Positions 40,069 to 48,448 of a stretch of DNA of 64,000 nt are shown here, in pieces; position 1 is the stretch's first letter, and each line of letters opens with the position of its first letter. The notes below the pieces were generated by a model. That model was not told where the DNA came from. It was given only the letters and a program-made list of their open reading frames with translations, and searched no databases. A program made the translations under genes and the position numbers. Origin of the DNA: a virus. The stretch spans positions 32,001 to 96,000 of the IMG/VR virus record IMGVR_UViG_3300032291_001597. One strand, given 5' to 3'.

Positions 40069-40443
40069 ATGAGTGATAAGAGATACAAGGTTCCGATTCC
40101 CGTAAAGCCTGAAGACCTTTATGCCGTAAGGGAAAAGGTCAAGCCTGCTGGAGCGTTCGTCGTAGGCGGGGGAGTGGTTGATGAAGTCAGACTATCTGCT
40201 GTTGTGTATCGCAATTTGATGTCGCGCAAGTCTCTCACCATTCACCACTTACAACGCCGATTGAATGAACTTGGCTTCACTTCCGCCTATCTAGACAAAG
40301 ATGGCTGGTTCGATGAAGGAACTAAGTCAGCAATTAGGTTATTTCAAGAAGCAAATGGACTAGCACCAACTGGGATGGTAGATGCCGATACTATAACTAA
40401 AATCTTCGATGGAGACCCGAACGTAGTAGTTGTTTTAGACTAA
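40069..40443 (+). CDS. stand-alone peptidoglycan-binding domain protein
   Basis: LQRRLNELGF..DGWFDEGTKSAIRLFQ..NGLAPTGMVD. Confidence 0.8.
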   Translation: MSDKRYKVPIPVKPEDLYAVREKVKPAGAFVVGGGVVDEVRLSAVVYRNLMSRKSLTIHHLQRRLNELGFTSAYLDKDGWFDEGTKSAIRLFQEANGLAPTGMVDADTITKIFDGDPNVVVVLD

Positions 40444-40563
40444 AAATAAAAGGGGTGCCAGATTCTCTGTGCGATGTTTCCCACTCGCGAACACCTATTG
40501 CTTTTACCCCCGGCCTGAGTTATCTTTATTGACAGAAAGACTTACTAACAGAAAGAAGAAGAA

Positions 40564-41109
40564 ATGACAGAATTTCTCAAAAGAAATCAAAAATTACCAC
40601 CGAACCTGATTGAAATAGTAGCAACCATCTCGGATATGGAACTTCGCGATACCTACGTTCGTGCGCTTAGAAACAAGGGCTGGACCCTACAAAGTATTGC
40701 CGAAGCCTGCGATGTATCCCGCGAGCGCGTTCGCCAAATCTGCGAGATGCCTGAGTCCAAGTTGTTTGACTCAGTGGTAGTTCCTAGTCCGCCACTGAAG
40801 CAGATACGCGAGAAGGTTGTATACGCAGAGCCAACAAAGGAAACTTTAGACAGGTTGCTGGAACTAAAGCCACTTGCTCAACAGGTGCGCTCTCACGCAA
40901 CTCGTTATCGTGCCGAAGCAGAAGAATACACTCGCCTGCTGAACCACGCTCACAAGGTAGAAGGAGTATCGCTATACAACCTAGCCAGACATCTAGGAGT
41001 TACCTATCCCGCTATTCGATTCCGATTGACTCGATACGGATATCTAGACGCTGGTAATGGAACTAGCAAGGTATACAACCCAATCCTTACTAAGAACCGT
41101 GCTCTCTAA
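40564..41109 (+). CDS. tandem HTH DNA-binding protein
   Basis: GWTLQSIAEACDVSRERVRQI; GVSLYNLARHLGVTYPAIRFRL. Confidence 0.75.
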   Translation: MTEFLKRNQKLPPNLIEIVATISDMELRDTYVRALRNKGWTLQSIAEACDVSRERVRQICEMPESKLFDSVVVPSPPLKQIREKVVYAEPTKETLDRLLELKPLAQQVRSHATRYRAEAEEYTRLLNHAHKVEGVSLYNLARHLGVTYPAIRFRLTRYGYLDAGNGTSKVYNPILTKNRAL

Positions 41110-41118
41110 ATCAGAGCA

Positions 41119-41158
41119 AAAAGAAAACCCCTAGACCAAAATCTAGGGGTTTCTTTTT
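41119..41158. terminator. bidirectional terminator
   Basis: aaaagaaaacccctaga..tctaggggtttctttt. Confidence 0.85.
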
Positions 41159-41171
41159 AGTTTGCGGATAC

Positions 41172-41522
41172 TTACTTCAGAACCGAGAGCAGTTTGTCTT
41201 CCTGCTCTTTAGTTAGACCTAGAGTCTCGCCTTCGTCGTCTGCTCCACCAGTGATTACTATGTCGCCCATTATTAGGTCAGTCTTGCCGTAAGACAACTC
41301 CCACAAATATGTAGCAACAAAGTTGAATGGCAGACCATCGAGTTTGCCTTCTTCGTTACACCACATAGTTAGGTCATCTACTGGCTTCTCCAGTGGGACA
41401 GCCTGAATGTAGCCACCAACCGATGACTTCAGGTATTGGTATTCTGCTTTGTCAGAACCTTCTGGTATCGTCTCAATAATTATTTCGCTATTAGTTGTAA
41501 TGCGGATAGCCGTCTTTGACAT
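41172..41522 (-). CDS. DUF3846-like protein
   Basis: VGGYIQAV..MWCNEEGKL..LP.N..AT..GDIVITG. Confidence 0.75.
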   Translation of the reverse strand: MSKTAIRITTNSEIIIETIPEGSDKAEYQYLKSSVGGYIQAVPLEKPVDDLTMWCNEEGKLDGLPFNFVATYLWELSYGKTDLIMGDIVITGGADDEGETLGLTKEQEDKLLSVLK

Positions 41523-41616
41523 CTTGTCTCCTTGTTCAATAAGCGATGATGCTTATGGAATAAGTAAACCATAATCTATCGCTCTTGTCAAGCGTGTCTT
41601 ATGTAATAATAGACCT

Positions 41617-43014
41617 ATGGCTAAATCTATTATGGAACAAATTGCGATGCTCCCCGATGATGAGCGAGCAGTCGTTCTTGCTGGAATGGATGCGGACACC
41701 CTTATGTGGGACTGGTCAGTTTGGGGAAGACCAGAGCAACAGGCTCCACAGGGGGACTGGAACATCTGGATGTATATGGCTGGTCGTGGTGCTGGTAAGA
41801 CTAGGACTGCTGCTGAGTGGGTTAGAGAAGAAGCCAAATACACCAATACGGGTCAGAGAAGATTCGGACTAGTTGCTAGAACTGCTGCCGATGTTCGTGA
41901 CGTTATCGTTGAAGGTGAGTCAGGAATTATGAATGTGTCTGCTCCAAGTGAGAAGCCACTCTATGAACCATCAAAGCGAAGACTCACTTGGCCCAATGGC
42001 AACACTGCCACTCTCTTCACAGCCGATGAACCAGACTCACTTCGTGGACCCCAGTTCACTCACGCTTGGGGAGATGAGATTGCTTCTTGGAGACAGACCC
42101 CAGATGGCGCTGGTATGACAGCCTTCGACAACCTTCGTGTTGGAACTCGTCTAGGCGCACACCCAAAGATTATGATTACCACTACGCCTAAGCGCGTGCC
42201 AGTTCTATATCAGTTGTTGGCTGAGAATACCAAAGACCCTAGCCGTGTAGTTATCACTCGCGGTTCAACACTCGACAACTCAGGTAACTTGTCTAACGCA
42301 TACCTTGACGCAATCACTGGAGTGTATGCGGGCACTCGTCTTGCCCAACAGGAACTCTATGGTGAGATGCTGGACAATGTTGAAGGCGCACTATGGACCG
42401 ATGAGTTACTGAGTAGGTATCGCGAAAACGTAATGCCACTTAGTGCTCCACTTCGCATCATAGGTGTAGACCCTTCAGTAGCAGAGAACCCAAGGGATGA
42501 ATGTGGAATTGTTGTGTGTGCTTCAACTGCCGAGCGTGACTTGTATAAGCGCAATGCTTGGGTGTTAGAAGACGCAACCATCCACGGTTCACCTGAAGTG
42601 TGGGCGAACAAAGTAGTTCAGATGGCACGCAAGTGGGGTTGCCCAGTCGTAGCCGAAATCAACCAAGGTGGTGCCTTAGTTCGTAATGCCATCAATGCGA
42701 TTGACCCGAACATCAAGGTGCTGGAAGTTCACTCTAAATATGGCAAAGCCCTACGTGCCGAGCCAGTAGTTCTTGGATATGAACAAGGTCGCGTTCACCA
42801 CTTGGGATACCACGCAGACCTAGAGAGTCAGATGCTTGCTTGGATTCCAGGAGAAGGCAAATCACCAGACCGTGTAGACGCGTTAGTTCACGCGCTAACA
42901 GCACTGATGATTAAGCCACCTGCTGGATTCGTTGGGGGAAAACTTACTGCTAGGTCATTCGCATCTCGGAGAATTCCAGAAGCGAAGAGCACCTTCTTCA
43001 GACTTAGTAAGTAA
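41617..43014 (+). CDS. terL: terminase large subunit
   Basis: AGRGAGKT, LRG, AWGDE, TTTP; nuclease IGVDP..D, SPDRVDA. Confidence 0.95.
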   Translation: MAKSIMEQIAMLPDDERAVVLAGMDADTLMWDWSVWGRPEQQAPQGDWNIWMYMAGRGAGKTRTAAEWVREEAKYTNTGQRRFGLVARTAADVRDVIVEGESGIMNVSAPSEKPLYEPSKRRLTWPNGNTATLFTADEPDSLRGPQFTHAWGDEIASWRQTPDGAGMTAFDNLRVGTRLGAHPKIMITTTPKRVPVLYQLLAENTKDPSRVVITRGSTLDNSGNLSNAYLDAITGVYAGTRLAQQELYGEMLDNVEGALWTDELLSRYRENVMPLSAPLRIIGVDPSVAENPRDECGIVVCASTAERDLYKRNAWVLEDATIHGSPEVWANKVVQMARKWGCPVVAEINQGGALVRNAINAIDPNIKVLEVHSKYGKALRAEPVVLGYEQGRVHHLGYHADLESQMLAWIPGEGKSPDRVDALVHALTALMIKPPAGFVGGKLTARSFASRRIPEAKSTFFRLSK

Positions 43015-43575
43015 TTACTTACGCCAGTCCTGCGGGTCGATAGATAGCAACCACTCGTTAAAGTTTTCGTTAGTTAGGGATGCGCTTCCGCGATTGTCCT
43101 TCACCAACTGGATTGCTTCTTCTGCCGAGTAGCCTTCGCGAATTAGAACCAATGCGGTTACTATCCCTGAGCGGTTCAGTCCTGCTTGGCATCTAACTAG
43201 GACTCGTTTACCACGCTTCCAATTAGAGTGCGCTACTAGAACTATGTCCCGTAGGTCTTCGACATCGAAGTCAGTCATATCGCCGTCATAGATGCCGAAC
43301 CTAATCTCCTTCACCCACCAGTCCACAGGTTGTGCCGATGAATACATCGTCACTACTAAGTCGAAGTCTTCAGGGGTAATGAAAGCACCAGAGCCGAACC
43401 TTTGTGTGCGGACAGTGTCAGTTGAGTCAGTGCCACCTTGCCACAGACCCGGAGCAATCTCATCCCAGAGTCTCATAGGCATACGGTGACCCTTGTAGGT
43501 CTCGTTAGTCAATGCCGATAGGCTTGTGTTAGTTAGGTTAGTTGTCAATTCAGATTTCCTTTCGTAATTTCTCAT
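43015..43575 (-). CDS. dual-specificity (Cx5R) protein phosphatase
   Basis: VLVRCQAGLNRSG; true start probably ~43482. Confidence 0.88.
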   Translation of the reverse strand: MRNYERKSELTTNLTNTSLSALTNETYKGHRMPMRLWDEIAPGLWQGGTDSTDTVRTQRFGSGAFITPEDFDLVVTMYSSAQPVDWWVKEIRFGIYDGDMTDFDVEDLRDIVLVAHSNWKRGKRVLVRCQAGLNRSGIVTALVLIREGYSAEEAIQLVKDNRGSASLTNENFNEWLLSIDPQDWRK

Positions 43576-43960
43576 AACCCAATGTTATCGAGTCATATCT
43601 CGTCTGTCAAGTCAATGCCGATACTTATTTTGGCTTCGGCACGTCTTATGCCGATAGCCCCTTCTTATGCCGTTGATGATTTTCAATACTTGTCTCCCAA
43701 CCAATTCGCAAGCAGAGTTGATGACTGGCCCGATGACTTTGTTATTTCATAAGCAATAAACAACCAGTTGGAAGCCCTTGCTTCTCCCCCAAAACTTGTA
43801 GACATCCTAGGAACCAGTTATCTACTAGCAATCACATAGCAATAAGCCCAGTTGTCTTCTAGTTTCAGCCCATAACCAGAGAACCAGAAGCCAAAAAGAA
43901 AGGTCGAGCGCGAACGACGGGTGGTTACTGGAAAACCATAGACCCCTTTTTATCTCACCT

Positions 43961-44022
43961 GAGGCAGCCAGGGAGGCAGCCAGGGAGGCGGCCAGGAGGC
44001 TATTTTTAGGCTATTTTTAGGC
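43961..44022 (+). repeat. short tandem repeats
   Basis: GAGGCAGCCAGG x2 plus a variant, then TATTTTTAGGC x2. Confidence 0.8.
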
Positions 44023-44067
44023 TTGTTTTGGGCTTCTTCTAGTCTTCTTAGGCTAGTCAAGGGCTAC

Positions 44068-44096
44068 TTGACTTGTTTTTTGGCTACTTTTATGAT
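44068..44096 (+). promoter_or_regulatory. sigmaA-like promoter ~290 nt upstream of the head operon
   Basis: TTGACT-17-TATGAT. Confidence 0.6.
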
Positions 44097-44389
44097 AGAT
44101 TAGACATCTCAAAAGGCTCACTCGAAGCCCAAACCAGCCAAAACCCAACAAAACAATCCAAAACGACCATTTTTGGAGTCAAAATCGGCACTCAAAACGG
44201 CATTTTGACGGCATTTTTATGGCATTAGGAAACAATTTCGGTTTGGCTTAAACCCCACGATACCCAACTCGCACGCCAAAGCCAAAATACGATAATGTAT
44301 CATTTTTCTAATCAGTCCCATTATGAAAAACGCCCCTCCCGGATTTTTAGAAAAATTCGTCCCAATACAGATGCTAAAATAGATACATT

Positions 44390-44899
44390 ATGGACCGCCA
44401 ATACGCACGTGAGCAAAAACTACCTCCCGAAGAGGCAAAAACTCTCCAAGAGATGAGCAAGAAGCAACGAGCCGAGCGTGCTAAGCAGTTGTTCGAGCGT
44501 GGATGGACCCTCCAAGCGATTGGGGATGCCTTCACTCCTCCGATTCGACGCTCCACCATTCAGTATTGGGTCAAAAATGCAAAATCGTCGACGCCCCTAT
44601 TTCCAGTGCCATCACCTTGGGGTGACGAACCAGATTCTGAGGCTAGACCTCGTGGTTATTTACGTAAAACCGCTATTTCGCCTGGTATCTCGCCTGAAAA
44701 CCAAGAACGTCTAGCACATTTGGCTCCGCTCGCACGTTTGTATCGAAGTGGGATGTCGTCGACGTCCCTATCGGCTCAAGCAAACGAGGAATTCAACCAA
44801 TTGATACAGGACCTATACAATGAGGATGTAAAGATTGCTGAAATCGCAAAAGCATCGAACGTTACGAACCGAGCGATTGCTCGCAGATTGGGAAAATAG
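44390..44899 (+). CDS. tandem HTH DNA-binding protein
   Basis: GWTLQAIGDAF..RRSTIQYWV; VKIAEIAKASNVTNRAIARRL. Confidence 0.7.
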   Translation: MDRQYAREQKLPPEEAKTLQEMSKKQRAERAKQLFERGWTLQAIGDAFTPPIRRSTIQYWVKNAKSSTPLFPVPSPWGDEPDSEARPRGYLRKTAISPGISPENQERLAHLAPLARLYRSGMSSTSLSAQANEEFNQLIQDLYNEDVKIAEIAKASNVTNRAIARRLGK

Positions 44900-44902
44900 C
44901 AA

Positions 44903-45265
44903 ATGAAGATAGAACACGACATATTTCCTGCCCACGCTTCGGTTGCTTCCGCCTCTTACGTCGGTGAACTCAAAGCGCATCCGCCAGTTGACGGAACTGC
45001 CTACATTCAGACGTCCAGAGTTATAGTTTTCGCAACAGAGGACGCTCAGGTTCTGATGATTGCCCAAGACACGCCCGATGGTGCTCAGGTTGTTTTCCAA
45101 GAACGTATTGCCGAGTTTGATATCGACGACGTCCAGTATTTTGGAACTACCGATTCTGGCAAACGCTTTGCTTTCAAGAAGGACACGAACTGCGGTTGTG
45201 GTTCACGTTTACGTTCTTGGAATCCCTACAAAACTCTTTCATCTATTAAGGACCCGACTTTCTAA
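44903..45265 (+). CDS. hypothetical protein
   Basis: CGCGSRLRSW; in head operon. Confidence 0.7.
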   Translation: MKIEHDIFPAHASVASASYVGELKAHPPVDGTAYIQTSRVIVFATEDAQVLMIAQDTPDGAQVVFQERIAEFDIDDVQYFGTTDSGKRFAFKKDTNCGCGSRLRSWNPYKTLSSIKDPTF

Positions 45266-45555
45266 TGCCTATTGACTTATTTACGTTTACGATTCTTGCT
45301 CTGGCGACGTTCAGAATCTCGCGCCTGTTCACTACCGACGTCATTTTTGAGGGATTGCGTGAGCGGGTGTGGAAGAAGTATCCACCAAGCACGAAACTCG
45401 GTTACTTGTTTACCTGTAACTGGTGCATGAGCATTTGGGTGGCATCACTGCTCACTATTTGCTATACAATAATAACTACAGCAACTGTGGTCGTTGCCAT
45501 ACCTTTCGCATTATCCGCGGTTGCTGGCCTCATAGCCGCACGTTTAGACCACTAA
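45265..45555 (+). CDS. DUF1360-like membrane protein
   Basis: LATFRISRL..D..GYLFTCNWCMSIW. Confidence 0.8.
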   Translation: MPIDLFTFTILALATFRISRLFTTDVIFEGLRERVWKKYPPSTKLGYLFTCNWCMSIWVASLLTICYTIITTATVVVAIPFALSAVAGLIAARLDH

Positions 45556-45583
45556 CGTTCCGTTAGACGACAGGAGACCCACG

Positions 45584-47347
45584 TTGGGCATCTTTAGGCG
45601 AGAAGACCAGTCTTCTTCAAATCCGAAGCCTTCTCAAGGTATTCGCGCATCTGCCCCGAAGTCTTCGAGCGCACCCAGTTCTTCTACTCCAGTTTTTCTT
45701 CCTGCCAACGTCAACGCGGCTTCGCCTGTTGCGTATAACGCTCCCCGACCTATCACCGCTGCTGCTACTCAGGTAAAGATGGGCGACCGCGCTGAAGCGG
45801 ATATGTTCAAGCAACGTCGCAACGCTGGCTCTTCTATGTGGCAGAGCGAGGCGTGGGAGTATTACGACGCAATCGGTGAAATCAAATACGCTTTCAACCT
45901 TGTAGCGTCTGTTGTTTCGCGTATTCGTCTTTATCCAGCGGTTGTCTCTGACCCTTCCGAGGCTCCTAGTCCTATTCGTAACGTTGAAGAGTATGACCAG
46001 CGTTTAGTTGCCGCAGCCGAGCGTGCGATTGCTCGTTTGGACAGCGCGTATGGTGGTCAGGCAGGTCTGCTCAAGGACGCTGCTCTGAACCTTCAGGTTA
46101 CTGGCGAGTGCTATTTGACTCAGGTGCCTGAGCGTATCGGCTCTGGACTTCCAGAGTCTTGGGACATCCGTTCGGTTGATGAAATCAACACTGACGCTAA
46201 GGGTAACTACATCATCACTCCACGTCGCGAGTTAAAGATTGGTGCTGCTACTTCGGGTAAGCCTGGAGTTATCGGTCTACCTAAGGGCGCTTTCATTGGT
46301 CGCATTTGGCGTGCCCACCCACGCTTTTCTGAAGAGGCGGATTCGTCACTACGTGGTGTTCTCGACCTCTGCTCTGAGTTGCTACTTCTAAACCGCACTT
46401 TCCGTGCTACCGCACGTTCACGTCTAAACGCTGGTGCTCTTTACTTGCCAGATGGTTTGTCTGTTGCTGCGACGCCTGACCCAGACTATCCGTATGATGA
46501 CGCCGATGGCATCTATTCGGAACCTACTCCAGAGGAAGTAGAAGACGAGTTTGAGGACCAACTAATCGACGCGATGACTACTCCTATCAAGGATGAGGAT
46601 TCTGCGAGCGCCGTTGTTCCACTTATCATTCGTGGTCCTGCCGAACTTGGTGACAAGATTAAGCAGTTCAAGTTTGAGCGTTCATTCGACCCTGCCCTTG
46701 CCGCGCGTTCTGACCGTGTGCTTGAGCGCATTATGCAGGGCATCGACGTCCCTAAGGACATCGTTACTGGTTTGGCTAACGTCAAGTATTCGAACGCACT
46801 TCAGATTGACGAGTCGCTTTACAAGGCACACATCGAGCCAATGATGTTGCTAATTGCTGACGCTCTTACTGTTGTTTACTTGCGCCCTTACCTTTTGGCT
46901 AATGGCTTCACCGAGGCAGACGTCGACCGCATTGTTGTTTGGTATGACCCGTCTCTAGTTGCTACTCGTAACGACCGCGCAGCAGATGCTGACTCTGGTT
47001 TCGAGAAGATGGCTATTTCGTTCGAGACTTGGAGACGTGCTCACGGCTTTGCCGAGGCAGAGGCTCCTAGCCCGACCGAAGTTGCTCTACGTCTGCTCGT
47101 AGAGAAGGGAATGATTACCCCAGAACTAACTGAGGCAATGCTTGGCGTTGTTGCCCCAGATGTTATGGAGAAGATTCGTAGCGCTGCTCAGGCTGCGAAT
47201 CCCGCTCCGCTTCCTGAAGGTCTAGACCAGATGCTTCAGGGTGCTCCAGTAGGTGGCGAGGCCCCAGCCCCAGCACCAGAAGCGCCAGTTGAAGAGGCTC
47301 CTCCAGTATTGGCAGAGCCAACCCCGCCAACCGAGACTGAAATCTAA
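45584..47347 (+). CDS. portal protein
   Basis: 587 aa downstream of terL; WQ.EAWEYYD.IGE, VTGECYL, LNAGALYLP; Pro/Ala-rich tail. Confidence 0.8.
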   Translation: MGIFRREDQSSSNPKPSQGIRASAPKSSSAPSSSTPVFLPANVNAASPVAYNAPRPITAAATQVKMGDRAEADMFKQRRNAGSSMWQSEAWEYYDAIGEIKYAFNLVASVVSRIRLYPAVVSDPSEAPSPIRNVEEYDQRLVAAAERAIARLDSAYGGQAGLLKDAALNLQVTGECYLTQVPERIGSGLPESWDIRSVDEINTDAKGNYIITPRRELKIGAATSGKPGVIGLPKGAFIGRIWRAHPRFSEEADSSLRGVLDLCSELLLLNRTFRATARSRLNAGALYLPDGLSVAATPDPDYPYDDADGIYSEPTPEEVEDEFEDQLIDAMTTPIKDEDSASAVVPLIIRGPAELGDKIKQFKFERSFDPALAARSDRVLERIMQGIDVPKDIVTGLANVKYSNALQIDESLYKAHIEPMMLLIADALTVVYLRPYLLANGFTEADVDRIVVWYDPSLVATRNDRAADADSGFEKMAISFETWRRAHGFAEAEAPSPTEVALRLLVEKGMITPELTEAMLGVVAPDVMEKIRSAAQAANPAPLPEGLDQMLQGAPVGGEAPAPAPEAPVEEAPPVLAEPTPPTETEI

Positions 47348-47355
47348 GGAAGAAA

Positions 47356-47853
47356 ATGTATAATCACTCACACGGCACCTCTGGAAAGCAGGAACTGGCA
47401 ATGAAGTTGTCAGTTATTTTGGCTGACGTTGTTGCTTATCGCGCACTGGCTCACGGATTCCACTGGAACGTCAAAGGACCTGAGTTTATTCAGTTCCACG
47501 AGTTCTTTGCGACTCTTTATGAAGATGCTGACTCAAGCATTGACCCGCTAGCGGAGAACATTCGCAAGTTGGGCTACGACGCTCCAGTTACTCTTGAAGA
47601 CTTCGTAAGTCTGTCTTGCGTTCAGGGCAAAACTTCTACTGGTAGCCCTATGGAGATGTCTACCATTCTTTACGAAGTCAATCAGCACATCCGTGGCTGC
47701 TTGCTAGACGGTTTCCGTTTGGCAGACGAGTGTGACCAGCAGGGTATCGCTGATTTCCTAGCAGGTCGTATTGACATGCACGACAAGTGGATTTGGCAGT
47801 TGGGCACCACCATTGGAGCAGACGCCACCACTATTCAAACTCTGATTCAGTAG
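47356..47853 (+). CDS. dps: Dps-family ferritin-like protein
   Basis: HWNVKG..HEFF..D..AENIR..HDKWIW. Confidence 0.9.
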   Translation: MYNHSHGTSGKQELAMKLSVILADVVAYRALAHGFHWNVKGPEFIQFHEFFATLYEDADSSIDPLAENIRKLGYDAPVTLEDFVSLSCVQGKTSTGSPMEMSTILYEVNQHIRGCLLDGFRLADECDQQGIADFLAGRIDMHDKWIWQLGTTIGADATTIQTLIQ

Positions 47854-47860
47854 GAGCATC

Positions 47861-48445
47861 ATGGAACACCAAGAGCCTAGGGAGTTCATTAACGAGATGA
47901 TTGAGTCTGGTAATGAACCAGCCATTCCATCTATTTACACTGACAAGCCTACTTTCTCTATTGGTGACGAGATTCAGTCGCTAGTTGCTTCTGTCAACAG
48001 GACTATTCCTATTCGACGTCAGGTCCCTATTTACGATGCTCTAGCCGTTGCTGGGCGCTCGCTGGCTAGGACCGTTAGGGAATTCACTAACCCCAGCAAG
48101 CGTGCTTTCGCTGCTCTGCGCGAGGTCTCGGACTTTGTGAACACCGCTGTCAGTGGCAAACCTACTCGCATCGGCATCGAGCACTATGACTTGTTGCCTA
48201 TCGGTCACCCACTCTCTACTAAAGAGGTAGAGATTTCTGCTCAGGATAGGCGAGAGTTTGAGGCAGATTGGTTTGCTGCTGACCCTAGAATTTCTGAAGA
48301 ATACAGACCTGTTGTTGCTTCGGCTTATTTATCCGCACCAGATAGCGTAGAAAGAAAATACGCATTGGCTCACTTAGAGGCTTTAGGCTATGAAGACATT
48401 CCTATGGAAGTAGTTGTGGCATTACTCGACGACAATGAAATCTAA
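47861..48445 (+). CDS. head-module hypothetical protein
   Basis: DLLPIGHP.ST motif shared with 9556..10842. Confidence 0.7.
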   Translation: MEHQEPREFINEMIESGNEPAIPSIYTDKPTFSIGDEIQSLVASVNRTIPIRRQVPIYDALAVAGRSLARTVREFTNPSKRAFAALREVSDFVNTAVSGKPTRIGIEHYDLLPIGHPLSTKEVEISAQDRREFEADWFAADPRISEEYRPVVASAYLSAPDSVERKYALAHLEALGYEDIPMEVVVALLDDNEI

Positions 48446-48448
48446 TAT

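Larger units (their letters stand above)
19574..43951. promoter_or_regulatory. dispersed bipartite motif AAAGGGGT-N6-TTTTCC-RMGCG (15 good copies in addition to degenerate ones)
   Basis: Copies at 19574, 20301, 20688, 20976, 21521(-), 27103, 30010(-), 31603, 31773, 31977, 32692, 34026, 36454(-), 38144, 43928(-); variants at 32224(-) and 40448. Confidence 0.85.
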
